A stretch of 62,435 bases of DNA, taken from assembly GCA_016223045.1 (NCBI GenBank), contig JACRPT010000037.1, positions 1-62,435 on the forward strand, read 5' to 3'. Below, one piece after another: positions 35,620-44,705 of this stretch. Both the position numbers and the translations under genes were made by a program. The notes beneath the pieces are model-generated. The model saw nothing but the letters and a program-made list of their open reading frames with translations. It had not been told where the DNA came from and did no database searches. This DNA is from Candidatus Eiseniibacteriota bacterium. Lineage in GTDB: Bacteria; Eisenbacteria; RBG-16-71-46. Numbering within the stretch: the stretch's first letter is position 1; each line of letters starts with the position of its first letter.

Positions 35620-37647
35620 ATGACCGACGCGCCCCCCAGCGGCCAGCGTTCCCGGCCCCCCCGGCGGGCCTCGCGCCTGCAGTTCGTGATCCCGGTCGTG
35701 GTTGTCTGTCTCGCGGCCGTCGTGGGCGGCTACCAGATCGTCGAGCGCACGCTGATCGCCCAGCGCGCGTCCACGGAGTCACTGGGCTTCCTCCAGATCA
35801 TCCGCGGCGTCGTCTTCTCCCTGCTCCTCGCGGGCCTCGGGGTCTGGTACCTGCTGCGCAGGAGCGTGCCGGTGTTCCCCTCCTCGCCCGCCGTGGAGGC
35901 GCCGCTCGTCCTCGCCGAAGTGGACGAGCGGGCCCGGCAGCACGCGCGGTGGTTCGTCCACGCCCGGTGGGTCGCGCTGGGCGTCATCCTCGGTCTCATC
36001 CTCATCGCCGGGCCGCTAGCGCGGATGCTGCCGGGCGCGACCCTGGTGCCGCTGCTCGCCTGGTGGGTCGTGCTCCTCGCCGCCAACCTGTGGTTCCACC
36101 GGTCGGTCGCCCGGGTGCGCTCGCCCGAGGGCCACATCATGGCCCAGGCGGTCGCGGACCTGGTCGTCCTCACCGGGCTGCTCAACGCGTCCGGCGGGAT
36201 CGAGAACCCGCTCTACCTCGCCTACATGTTCCACGTCATCATCGCGGCGGTCGTCCTGCCGAAGCGCAAGTCCCTGGCCGTCACCGCCGTGGCGCTGTCG
36301 CTGTTCCTCGCGCTGGTGGTGGGCGAGTCCGCGGACATCCTGCCTCACTACACGAACCAGCTCTTCCCTCATGCCTCGATCGCGGAGCTGGCGCACCAGC
36401 CGGCGAGCGGCCACGAGGACGGGGATCTTCTCCACGCCGCCCACGACCCTCTGTTCGTCACCGGCGAGGCCGGCTCGTTCGTCCTGATGCTCCTGCTCGC
36501 GTCCTGGCTGACGATGCTGGTCACCGACCGCCTGCGCCACAGCGAGGCGCGTCTCGAGCGGACGGCGCGCTCGGCCGTGCTTGAGCGGAAGCGCCTGGAG
36601 AGCGTGGTCCACTCGGCCAAGGTGGGGATGATCCTCCTCGACCCCGACCTCACCGTGCGCTGGGTCAGTCAGCTCGCGTCCGAGTGGCTGGAGTGGGACG
36701 CCTCGGTGATCGGCCGGCGGTGTCCGCTGTACGCCGCGGCCGGGGAGGGCGAGCCCGGCCCGGCCGCGCGCGTCCTCGAGAGCGGGCGGCCCGCCGAGAC
36801 GGAGCGCGCCGTGCCGGCCGCCGACGGCAGCCTGCGCTACTTCCGCCACATCGCCTCCCCGGTGCGCGACGGGACGGGACGGGTGGTGCAGGTGGTGGAG
36901 CTGGTGGAGGACGTCACCATGCGCCGCGCGCTGGAGGCGGAGGCCCTCCACGCCGGCAAGATGTCGGTGCTCGGCCGCATGGCCGCGGGCATCGCCCACG
37001 AGATCGGCAACCCGCTGTCGTCCATGGCCGCGCGGCTGCGGCTGATGGAGCAGAGCAGCGATGCCGAGTTCCTGAGCGGCAGCCTCGCCCTGCTCCAGGG
37101 GCAGGTGGACCGCATCGGGCGCATCGTGCACGGTGTCTCGGAATTCGCGCGGGTGCCGCGGCGGGAATGGACGACCCTGGAGGTGAACGCGGCGGTCGAA
37201 GAGGCGATGAGCGTCGCCGAGCTGGACCCGCGCGTCAACGGCATCGTGTTCCGCCGGGCGATGGCGGCACCCTCGCCGCTCATCCGCGGGGTGCGGGACC
37301 AGGTGGTGCAGGTGGTGCTCAACCTGCTGCTCAACGCCGCGGAGGCGACGTCGGGTCGCGGGACCATCGCGGTCGAGACCTCCCGGCGGCAGGGCGAGGT
37401 CGCGATCGCCGTGCAGGACTCCGGCGTCGGGATGGACGAGCAGGTCCGGACGAAGTTGTTCGAGCCGTTCTTCACGACGAAACCCAGGGGGACCGGGCTC
37501 GGCCTCTCGATCAGCTATGCGCTGGTCCACGCGCACGGGGGCCGCTTCCAGGTGGAGAGCGAGCCCGGCAGGGGCGCCCGGTTCGTCGTCCTGCTCCCGG
37601 CGGCCGAAGCGGTGGCGGCGGCCGGTGGCGCGGGAGTGAAGAGATGA
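35620..37647 (+). CDS. Membrane-bound sensor histidine kinase (multi-TM N-terminus, PAS-like region, HisKA, HATPase)
   Basis: H-box AAGIAHEIGNPLSSM. ATP-lid motifs DSGVGMD and GTGLGLSISYALV. About six N-terminal hydrophobic segments. Confidence 0.85.
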   Translation: MTDAPPSGQRSRPPRRASRLQFVIPVVVVCLAAVVGGYQIVERTLIAQRASTESLGFLQIIRGVVFSLLLAGLGVWYLLRRSVPVFPSSPAVEAPLVLAEVDERARQHARWFVHARWVALGVILGLILIAGPLARMLPGATLVPLLAWWVVLLAANLWFHRSVARVRSPEGHIMAQAVADLVVLTGLLNASGGIENPLYLAYMFHVIIAAVVLPKRKSLAVTAVALSLFLALVVGESADILPHYTNQLFPHASIAELAHQPASGHEDGDLLHAAHDPLFVTGEAGSFVLMLLLASWLTMLVTDRLRHSEARLERTARSAVLERKRLESVVHSAKVGMILLDPDLTVRWVSQLASEWLEWDASVIGRRCPLYAAAGEGEPGPAARVLESGRPAETERAVPAADGSLRYFRHIASPVRDGTGRVVQVVELVEDVTMRRALEAEALHAGKMSVLGRMAAGIAHEIGNPLSSMAARLRLMEQSSDAEFLSGSLALLQGQVDRIGRIVHGVSEFARVPRREWTTLEVNAAVEEAMSVAELDPRVNGIVFRRAMAAPSPLIRGVRDQVVQVVLNLLLNAAEATSGRGTIAVETSRRQGEVAIAVQDSGVGMDEQVRTKLFEPFFTTKPRGTGLGLSISYALVHAHGGRFQVESEPGRGARFVVLLPAAEAVAAAGGAGVKR

Positions 37648-38987
37648 GCGAACGCATCCTCCTCATTGATGACGAGGACATGTTCCGCGAGGACATGGCG
37701 AGCCTGCTGCGCCAGCAGGGCTTCGCCTGCCGCACCGCCGCCAGCGGCGAGGACGGCCTGCGCGCCGCCCAGGCCGAAGCGCCGGACCTGGTGCTCTGCG
37801 ACCTGGTCATGCCGGGCGCCGGCGGACTCGAGGTCGTGGGCCGGCTCGCCGCGCTCTACCCCGAGCTGCCGGTGATCGTCATCACCGCCTTCGGGACGCT
37901 CGAGACCGCCGTCGAAGCGTTCCGCAGCGGCGCCACCGACTACGTGCTCAAGCCGGTCGTCCCCGAGGACCTGCTGGGCAAGGTGGCCCGCTGCCTCGAG
38001 CACCGCCGACTGATGGGCGAGGTGCGCTACCTGCGCCGGGAGGTGTCCGAGGTCCGCGCCGGCGCACGCCTGGTTGGAACCAGCCCGGCCATGGAGGCGG
38101 TCCGCAGGCTGATCGCCCGGGTCGCCGCCGGCGACTCCACCGTGCTGATCCGCGGCGAGAGCGGCACCGGCAAGGAGCTCGTCGCCCGCGAGATCCACGA
38201 GGTCGGGCGGGGGCCCGATCGCCCGTGCGTCGCGGTCAACTGCGCGGCCGTCCCGCGGGACCTGTTCGAGAGCGAGCTCTTCGGGCACGTCCGGGGGGCG
38301 TTCACCGGAGCGGTGCGCGACCGGCCGGGCCTGTTCGAGGTGGCGTCCGAGGGCACGTTGTTCCTGGACGAGATCTCCGAGCTTCCGCTCGAGCTCCAGC
38401 CCAAGCTCCTGCGGGCGATCGAGCAGAAGGAGGTGCTGCGCGTGGGCGAGAGCCGAACCCGGCCGGCGCGGGCCCGGATCGTCGCGGCCACCCAGCGCGA
38501 TCTCCAGGCGGAAGTCGCCGCCGGGCGCTTCCGCGAGGACCTGTTCTTCCGCGTGCGCGTGGTGGAGATCGTGATCCCGCCCCTGCGCGAGCGCCGCGAG
38601 GACATCCCGCTGCTGGTGGAGCACTTCGTCCCGCGCCTCAATGCCCGGCTCAAGCGGCACATCCTGGGCGTGGACCAGGCCGCGATGCGCGCGCTGATGA
38701 GCGCGCCGTGGCGGGGCAACATCCGCGAGCTGGAGAACACCCTGGAACGCGCGATGCTGCTGACCGAGCACGAGTACGTCGGGGTCGGAGACCTCCCGGC
38801 CGAGCTGGCCGGCCGCGCGCACTCCGCGGAACTCTCCGATGACCTCCGCGCGGCGCTGAGCGCGTACGAGCGCGAGCACATCCGCCAGGTGCTGGCTACC
38901 ACCGGCGGGAACCGCGAAGAGGCGGCGCGGCGCATGGGCATCGACGTCTCCACGCTCTACCGCCGACTGAAGGCCCTCGACCTCTAG
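37644..38987 (+). CDS. Sigma-54-dependent response regulator (NtrC family enhancer-binding protein)
   Basis: ATGA overlap with the kinase stop. Receiver domain LLIDDE...LVLCDLVMPG. AAA+ Walker A GESGTGKE. GAFTGA motif. C-terminal Fis-type HTH EAARRMGIDVSTLYRRLK. Confidence 0.9.
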   Translation: MSERILLIDDEDMFREDMASLLRQQGFACRTAASGEDGLRAAQAEAPDLVLCDLVMPGAGGLEVVGRLAALYPELPVIVITAFGTLETAVEAFRSGATDYVLKPVVPEDLLGKVARCLEHRRLMGEVRYLRREVSEVRAGARLVGTSPAMEAVRRLIARVAAGDSTVLIRGESGTGKELVAREIHEVGRGPDRPCVAVNCAAVPRDLFESELFGHVRGAFTGAVRDRPGLFEVASEGTLFLDEISELPLELQPKLLRAIEQKEVLRVGESRTRPARARIVAATQRDLQAEVAAGRFREDLFFRVRVVEIVIPPLRERREDIPLLVEHFVPRLNARLKRHILGVDQAAMRALMSAPWRGNIRELENTLERAMLLTEHEYVGVGDLPAELAGRAHSAELSDDLRAALSAYEREHIRQVLATTGGNREEAARRMGIDVSTLYRRLKALDL

Positions 38988-39100
38988 CCCGCGCGGCCGG
39001 GCGCCCGCCAGGCCGCCTGCGGATCCGCCGCGCGGTGCACGGAACGGGCGGCGGCCCGTCCCCCGATGGCGCGGCCGCGGCCGCCACTTCGTCTCCGCCC

Positions 39101-39149
39101 CTCGCAGGTCTGCGAGTCGCGGGCCCCCCGGGTCTCGCAGATCTGCGAG
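39101..39149. promoter_or_regulatory. Two 16-bp palindromes 33 bp apart (candidate enhancer/UAS for the adjacent sigma-54 activator)
   Basis: CTCGCAGGTCTGCGAG (39101-39116) and the perfect palindrome CTCGCAGATCTGCGAG (39134-39149). Both sit inside a ~25-nt direct repeat, ~120-170 bp upstream of the -24/-12 element. Confidence 0.55.
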
Positions 39150-39269
39150 TCGCGGGCGCCGCGGCGGGCCGGCTCGCGCGCTCTCCCGCACGCCCCGGCG
39201 CTTCACTTCCCGGTGCGCGACCGCCACTTGTCGGGCCAGCTCCGCGACAACCCGCACCCGGCACGCGGG

Positions 39270-39285
39270 CGGCAGGGTCCTTGCG
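39270..39285 (+). promoter_or_regulatory. Sigma-54 (-24/-12) promoter candidate
   Basis: CGGCAG-GGTCC-TTGCG against consensus TGGCAC-N5-TTGCW. GG at 39271-39272 and GC at 39283-39284. A weaker overlapping GG-N10-GC starts at 39260. Confidence 0.55.
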
Positions 39286-39301
39286 TGGGCGCTGTGGCGC
39301 G

Positions 39302-39640
39302 ATGGAGCCGCAGAAGGCGGAAGGTCTGGCGCGCAGCCTGATCCAGGCCACGGAGCGCAGTTTTCGAAGCCACCTGGGCGAGCGGGCCAGGGACCGGGAC
39401 TTCATCGGCGAACTCTATCTCGGTCTCAGGCGAACGCTGGCCCAGCTCGATGATGCGGGAGTCCACGAGACGGAGAAGCGGCGCGGGATCGTGGACGAGC
39501 TCGCGCTCACCGCCTATCTCATCGCCGCGTCCCGGCACCCCGGCGCCCAGGTGGATCCGGAGTTGCTCGAGTCGCTGCGAGGCGCGATTGCCCGGGCCTT
39601 GTCGGGCACGGGGCAGACACCCACGGCGCCCGCGTCCTGA
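39302..39640 (+). CDS. Small helical hypothetical protein, first ORF after the sigma-54 promoter
   Basis: ATG 39302 lies only ~18 nt after the -12 GC. No family recognised. The upstream part of track ORF 39035.. contains the regulatory palindromes and is rejected. Confidence 0.4.
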   Translation: MEPQKAEGLARSLIQATERSFRSHLGERARDRDFIGELYLGLRRTLAQLDDAGVHETEKRRGIVDELALTAYLIAASRHPGAQVDPELLESLRGAIARALSGTGQTPTAPAS

Positions 39641-39688
39641 GCGGGAAGCGGCGCCGGGAAGTGCGAACCCGAACCAAGGAGCACGGCC

Positions 39689-40972
39689 ATGGAGGCATGG
39701 CGGAAGCAGCACCGGCTGGTTCTCCCCGTACTGCTGTTGTTCGTCCCCCTGCTGATCGGCGTGGTCAACTCGGCGCGAGCGATTCCCGCCTTCAGCCGCA
39801 AGTACCAGACCAGCTGCACCACCTGCCACTACGCGTTCCCGCAGCTGAACGCGTTCGGCAAGGCGTTCCGCAACAACGGCTACCGGTACCCGGGCGGGGA
39901 TGAGAACTTCCGCAAGGAGGAGCCGGTCAGCCTCGGCAGCGAAGCCTACAAGCAGGTCTGGCCCGACGCGATCTGGCCCTCCGACATCCCCGGGACGTCG
40001 CCCCTCGCGGTCCACGCCATCGGCCAGTACGAGATGAAGTTCCATCAGCCCGACAGCGTGGCCAGGTCCGTCTTCGAATTCCCCGGGGCGGTGGAGATCC
40101 TGTATGCGGGGACGCTGGGCGACAAGTTCTCCTTCTTCGGCGAGGTGGCCGTGGAGACGGAGGGAGGCGCGGTGGAGACCGGGTTCCCGTTTCGCCTGGA
40201 GCTGAACCAGCGCCCGGGCTTCAATGTCGTGCTCGGGAGCTTCGTCGTGGATCCCACGCCCGGCCATCGCAGCCTGATCCCCACCGAGTTCAACGTCTCC
40301 ATGCTGGAGAGCCGGAACGGCTGGATGCTGCACGAGGAGAAGCCCGGCCTCGAACTCTGGGGGGCGGGCAACGGCTCCGGCGGCAGGGGCGGATGGAAGT
40401 ACCAGGCGGGCGTGATGGAGGGGCAGGGAGGTGACGCCGGACGCGACAAGGACGTCTTCGCCCAGGTCACCTACAAGGTCGGCGGACTCGGGGAGCTGGG
40501 CGGGACCGAAGGGCAGGCCAGCCAGACCTCGGCGTTCTACCGCGACAACAGCGTGACGGTCGGCGGCTTCGTCAGCTCGGGGCGGGTCGGGGCGGACCTG
40601 TTCGCGGACAAGGAAGACCTCACCGTCGTGGCCGGCACGCTGGACGCCTGGTACGAGCGGGCGATCCTCAATGCCACGGCGATGAGCATGAACTCCCGAA
40701 TCGGCGGCACGCCGGACCGCAAGAGCCTCGCCTGGTACGCGCAGGGCCAGTATGTCATCTACCCCTGGCTGATCGGGCTGGCCCGCTACGAGTCCACCGA
40801 CGAGGACACGGACGATGCCGTGGATCCGCAGACGACGCTGATCCCCGCGGTGGCCGGCATGGTCCGGGCGAACGTCAAGCTGACGCTCCAGTACGTGCGC
40901 CCCATCAGCGACTACGACGCGCGCAAGGCAGACGAGGAGCGCGTGGTGGCGAAGCTCGACTTCAGTCTCTAG
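39689..40972 (+). CDS. Fused monohaem cytochrome c / outer-membrane beta-barrel protein, Cyc2-like
   Basis: AAGGAG lies before ATG 39689. Signal peptide, then IPAFSRKYQTSCTTCHYAFPQLNAFGKAFRNNGY with a single CxxCH. About 380 aa follow with alternating beta-strand-like pattern, Gly-rich loops, and C-terminus ...VAKLDFSL. Confidence 0.6.
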   Translation: MEAWRKQHRLVLPVLLLFVPLLIGVVNSARAIPAFSRKYQTSCTTCHYAFPQLNAFGKAFRNNGYRYPGGDENFRKEEPVSLGSEAYKQVWPDAIWPSDIPGTSPLAVHAIGQYEMKFHQPDSVARSVFEFPGAVEILYAGTLGDKFSFFGEVAVETEGGAVETGFPFRLELNQRPGFNVVLGSFVVDPTPGHRSLIPTEFNVSMLESRNGWMLHEEKPGLELWGAGNGSGGRGGWKYQAGVMEGQGGDAGRDKDVFAQVTYKVGGLGELGGTEGQASQTSAFYRDNSVTVGGFVSSGRVGADLFADKEDLTVVAGTLDAWYERAILNATAMSMNSRIGGTPDRKSLAWYAQGQYVIYPWLIGLARYESTDEDTDDAVDPQTTLIPAVAGMVRANVKLTLQYVRPISDYDARKADEERVVAKLDFSL

Positions 40973-40995
40973 CCGGGCACGGAGGGCGTGCCCGG
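40973..40995 (+). terminator. Perfect 9-bp stem / 5-nt loop hairpin immediately after the porin-cytochrome stop codon (intra-operon attenuator or stabiliser candidate)
   Basis: CCGGGCACG-gaggg-CGTGCCCGG, starting 1 nt after TAG 40970-40972. No U-tract. Confidence 0.35.
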
Positions 40996-41044
40996 ACACG
41001 TTCCCGCAGCATCGGCGAAGACTGCAGGAGGAGGGTATCGAGAC

Positions 41045-41635
41045 ATGAACGGCAGACTGGCAGTCCTTGTGCTGGCGGGCCTGTCGGCCATCGCGGCTCC
41101 CACGGTCGCCGGCACGATCAAGGGGAAGGTCGCGATCCCGCGGGCGAGGAGCCTCGCGAACATCGTGGTGTACGTGGAGAAGGCGCCCGGGGAGTTCCCC
41201 GCGCCGAAGCAGCACACGGTCATGGACCAGAAGAACCTCACCTTCGTGCCGCACGTGCAGCCGGTGGTGGTGGGAACGACGGTGGACTTCCTGAACAGCG
41301 ACCAGGTGCTGCACAACGTCTTCAGCCCCGACAAGTGCGCCAACAAGTTCAACCTGGGGACCTGGCCGAAGGGCGAGACGCGGTCGTTCACGTTCGACAA
41401 GGCCGGCTGCACCCCGGTGCTGCTGTGCAACGTCCATCCGGAGATGGAAGCGTTCGTCGTGGTGCTCCAGAACCCCTTCTTCGCCGTCACCGACAAGAGC
41501 GGGCTCTTCGCGATCCACAACGTGCCGGAGGGCAAGTACACGATCAAGGCGTGGAACCGGAAGTTCCTCGACGTGTCGCAGGAAGTCGCCGTGCCGAAGG
41601 ATGGCGAGGTTCCCTGCAATCTGGCGCTGAAGTAG
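41045..41635 (+). CDS. Periplasmic cupredoxin (type-1 blue copper protein) with an N-terminal carboxypeptidase-regulatory-like beta-sandwich
   Basis: Signal peptide MNGRLAVLVLAGLSAIAAPTVAG. Copper ligand candidates are His in VLHNVF and the amicyanin-like spacing C-N-V-H-P-E-M. Confidence 0.7.
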   Translation: MNGRLAVLVLAGLSAIAAPTVAGTIKGKVAIPRARSLANIVVYVEKAPGEFPAPKQHTVMDQKNLTFVPHVQPVVVGTTVDFLNSDQVLHNVFSPDKCANKFNLGTWPKGETRSFTFDKAGCTPVLLCNVHPEMEAFVVVLQNPFFAVTDKSGLFAIHNVPEGKYTIKAWNRKFLDVSQEVAVPKDGEVPCNLALK

Positions 41636-41747
41636 CCGGGCGGGGCGCTCGTGTCCGCGGGGGGCCCGCGCCGCGGGTCCTCGCGGGACCGGTGGAGGCC
41701 ACGCGCGCGGCGGAGCTGGCGCGCGCGGGAACGACGACGGAGCGGAC

Positions 41748-42260
41748 GTGCGACGACTCGCATCCGGGATGGCCGTGGTGGCGGTGATGGCGGCGGCAGG
41801 CTCTGCGGGCTGCGCGCGGGAGGTTCTTCAGCCGGTGGCGTTCAACCACCGGCTGCATGCGGACAACAACGTCCCCTGCCTCACCTGCCACCCGACCGCG
41901 GCCACCGGCCAGGGCGCCACCCTCCCGGCGGTGTCGGTGTGCCGGCGCTGTCACGAAGACGTGCTCTACGAAGCCCCGGAGGAGGCGAAGATCCGGCTGG
42001 CGGCCGAGAGCGGCCACGCGCTCGGCTGGGTGCCGGTCTTCGCGCTGCGCCCCTACGTCTACTTCTCCCACCGCCGCCACGTGACGCTCGGGAAGGTCGC
42101 CTGCGCCGCGTGCCACGGCGACGTCGAACGGCGCAGCACCCCGTTCCGCATGGCCGCCGGGCCGTTCTCGGGCATCCGCGGGATGGGAGCGTGCCTGCGC
42201 TGCCATGACGAGAGCCACAGTCCCTACGCCGGCGTGGACTGCGTGGATTGCCACCGATGA
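41748..42260 (+). CDS. Pentahaem c-type cytochrome lipoprotein (ActA/QrcA-like)
   Basis: Lipobox AAAGSAGC. Five CxxCH motifs: CLTCH, CRRCH, CAACH, CLRCH, CVDCH. Confidence 0.8.
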   Translation: MRRLASGMAVVAVMAAAGSAGCAREVLQPVAFNHRLHADNNVPCLTCHPTAATGQGATLPAVSVCRRCHEDVLYEAPEEAKIRLAAESGHALGWVPVFALRPYVYFSHRRHVTLGKVACAACHGDVERRSTPFRMAAGPFSGIRGMGACLRCHDESHSPYAGVDCVDCHR

Positions 42261-42279
42261 GCGCGGCAGGATCGGCCTC

Positions 42280-44703
42280 ATGAGCGCACTCAGCCGGCGC
42301 GAGTTCCTGACCACGCTCGGCGCCGCCGGCGTGGTGGCCGCCTCATCCGGATGGTTCACGCGCCGCCTGTTCGCCATGGCGGAGGAAGGCACGCTGCGGG
42401 CGCCGCGCGGCCCGGGCGTGGAACGCTGGGTGCCCACGCTGTGCCGCATGTGTCCGGCGGGGTGCGGGCTCCGGGTGCGGCTGGTGGACGGGCTGCCGGT
42501 GGGACTCGAAGGCGACCGCACGAACCCGCTGAGCGCCGGCGGCCTGTGTCCCGCGGGCTTCGCCGGACTTCAGGAGCTGGTGCACCCGGACCGGGTCCGC
42601 ACGCCGCTGCGTCGCGACGGGCCGCGCGGTTCGGGACGCTGGACCCCGGTCTCGTGGGATGAGGCGCTGGAGCAGATCGCGGCGCCACTCCGCGCGTCGC
42701 GGGCGGAGGGCCGGCCGCAGGCGTTCGCGGTGCTCGAACGGGGCGACTCCCCGCTCACGCTCTACTGGCTGGAGCGCGTGTTGCGCGCCCACGGCAGCCC
42801 GAACCTGGTGGTGGACGCCACGGGTGAGCCATGGCGCAGCGCGTGGGCGACCGTGGCCGGGACCGCGCGACCGCCGGCGCCCGATCTCGCGAACGCGGAC
42901 TTCGTCCTGAGCTTCGGCCACGAGTCGCTCGAGACCGACGGCCACCCGGTGTGGCAGACCAAGACCTGGGGTCGCCTGCGGGCGCCCATCGCCGCGCGCC
43001 AGGCGAGCGCCGCGTACGTCGGACCACGCATGTCGCCGACCGCGAACCATGCCGACCTGAAGGTGGCGGTGCGCCCGGGCACGGAAGCCATCATGGCCCT
43101 CGGCCTGGTCCACGTCCTGATCCTGGAGGACCTGGCGGACCGCTCGTTCCTCGACCGCTTGACCCGCGGCTATCACGACCGGCCCGGCGGCTCGGGCGCG
43201 GGAGGCGACGGCTTCGAGGCCTACGTGCGCAGCCGTTTCGGCCTCGAGGAGGTGAGCCGCCTCACCGGCGCCCCGGTCAGCGAGATCTTCCGCCTGGGAC
43301 GCGCCTTCGGCACGTCGCGGCGGCCGCTGGCGCTGGCCGGACCCGGCGCGCTCTCGGGGGAAATCGGGTTCGCCACCGCGATGGCGGTGATCGCCTTGAA
43401 CCTGGCGGTGGGGGCGATGGGGCGCACGGGCGGCTACGTGGCGTCGGGCGGCGCACCCCTCGACCTGCCGCCGCCAGAGGAGCCGGACCAGGTGGCGCGC
43501 CGTGGGCTCTCGTCCGCGCGGGTGGATGGCGCCGGATGGGCCACGCTCCCGCTGGTCCGCCAGAGCCCGGCCGGGTTGGCGGCGAACCTCGCCGCCCGGC
43601 GGCCCTACCCGCTGGAGGTGCTCCTCGTCCACGGCGTCAACCCGGTGCACGAGTGGCCGGGAGGAAAGACGATCGAAGAGGCGCTGGCCGCCGTGGGTCT
43701 GGTGGCGGTGGTCGGAGCGGTGGCGGACGAGACCGCCCGCGTCGCGGACCTGATCCTGCCGGAAGCGAGCTTCCTCGAGGCCTGGCAGATCCTGCCGCCG
43801 GCGACGGGGATCCCGTTCGACTACGCCGGCCTGCAGCAGCCGGTGTTGGAGCCGATCTACCAGAGCCGCGCCTTCGAGGACATGTGGTTCGACCTCGCCC
43901 GCCGCATCGGCGGCCCGGCGGCGGCGGCGGTCCCCGCGGGCAGCTACGCCGACTGGCTGCCGAGCGCCGCCGCCGGACTCCACCGCGCCGGCCGCGGGAC
44001 CATCGCGGGCGGACCGTTCCACGCGCGCGTCGCCGGCTTCATGGAGGAGCGCGGCTGGAAGGCCCCGGGCCCGCAGACGGCCGAGGCGTTCTGGGAGGAG
44101 TTCCGGCGGTCGGGCTCGTGGGTGGACGCGCCGCGCGGCGAGCACTCGCCTGCCGAGCTGCTCGGCGACCGCGCGGAGCGCTTCGACCTCTGGCCGGAGA
44201 GGCTGCTCGCCGACGCGCGGAAGCTGACCGGGACGCCGGTCGCGGACGACGCCCTCTACGGCGGCGCGCGGGCGGCGGCCGCGGGCGCGGCCGGCCATTC
44301 CGATCATCCTCTCCATCTCCTGCTCTTCGACACCAGCACGCTGTGGGCCGGCCGCACGGCGCTCACGCCGGTGCTGCTCGAGATGTCGGGATTCCGCGAG
44401 GACATCGGCTGGGACAGCTGGGTCGAGATCCACCCCGAGACCGCGCGGCGCGGACGGATCCAGGCCGGCGACCGCGTGCGGCTGGAGTCTCCCGCGGGGT
44501 CGCTCATCGCGCGCGCCCGGATCACCCCGGTGGTCCCCCCCGACGCGGTGGCCATGCCCCGCGGCCTCGGCCACCGCCACTTCGGCCGCTTCGCGACCGG
44601 CGTCGGCGTCAACCCGCTGGCACTGGTGGCTCCCGCCCTCGACCGCTGGACGGGCAACGCGATCCTCGAGACCCGCGTCCGGCTGACGCGGATGCCGGCG
44701 TAG
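42280..44703 (+). CDS. TAT-exported molybdopterin-oxidoreductase-family subunit (ActB1/QrcB/PsrA-like)
   Basis: Twin-arginine leader MSALSRREFLTTLGAAGVVAASSG. N-terminal 4Fe-4S motif CRMCPAGCG...GGLCPAG. MopB-like length and a C-terminal beta-barrel-type segment. Confidence 0.85.
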   Translation: MSALSRREFLTTLGAAGVVAASSGWFTRRLFAMAEEGTLRAPRGPGVERWVPTLCRMCPAGCGLRVRLVDGLPVGLEGDRTNPLSAGGLCPAGFAGLQELVHPDRVRTPLRRDGPRGSGRWTPVSWDEALEQIAAPLRASRAEGRPQAFAVLERGDSPLTLYWLERVLRAHGSPNLVVDATGEPWRSAWATVAGTARPPAPDLANADFVLSFGHESLETDGHPVWQTKTWGRLRAPIAARQASAAYVGPRMSPTANHADLKVAVRPGTEAIMALGLVHVLILEDLADRSFLDRLTRGYHDRPGGSGAGGDGFEAYVRSRFGLEEVSRLTGAPVSEIFRLGRAFGTSRRPLALAGPGALSGEIGFATAMAVIALNLAVGAMGRTGGYVASGGAPLDLPPPEEPDQVARRGLSSARVDGAGWATLPLVRQSPAGLAANLAARRPYPLEVLLVHGVNPVHEWPGGKTIEEALAAVGLVAVVGAVADETARVADLILPEASFLEAWQILPPATGIPFDYAGLQQPVLEPIYQSRAFEDMWFDLARRIGGPAAAAVPAGSYADWLPSAAAGLHRAGRGTIAGGPFHARVAGFMEERGWKAPGPQTAEAFWEEFRRSGSWVDAPRGEHSPAELLGDRAERFDLWPERLLADARKLTGTPVADDALYGGARAAAAGAAGHSDHPLHLLLFDTSTLWAGRTALTPVLLEMSGFREDIGWDSWVEIHPETARRGRIQAGDRVRLESPAGSLIARARITPVVPPDAVAMPRGLGHRHFGRFATGVGVNPLALVAPALDRWTGNAILETRVRLTRMPA

Positions 44704-44705
44704 CC

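Noticed and set aside
39035-39301. Upstream part of track ORF 39035..39640
   Set aside because: It is low-complexity Ala/Arg/Pro sequence that coincides with the enhancer-like palindromes and the -24/-12 promoter. The ATG at 39302 is the plausible start.
42831-44705. N-terminal 625 codons of the 855-aa ORF 42831..45398
   Set aside because: Only the last 230 codons (from ATG 44706, MARWGMVIDLDRCTGCGAC...) look like a protein, namely a 4Fe-4S subunit. The upstream part is an out-of-frame read through the MopB gene.
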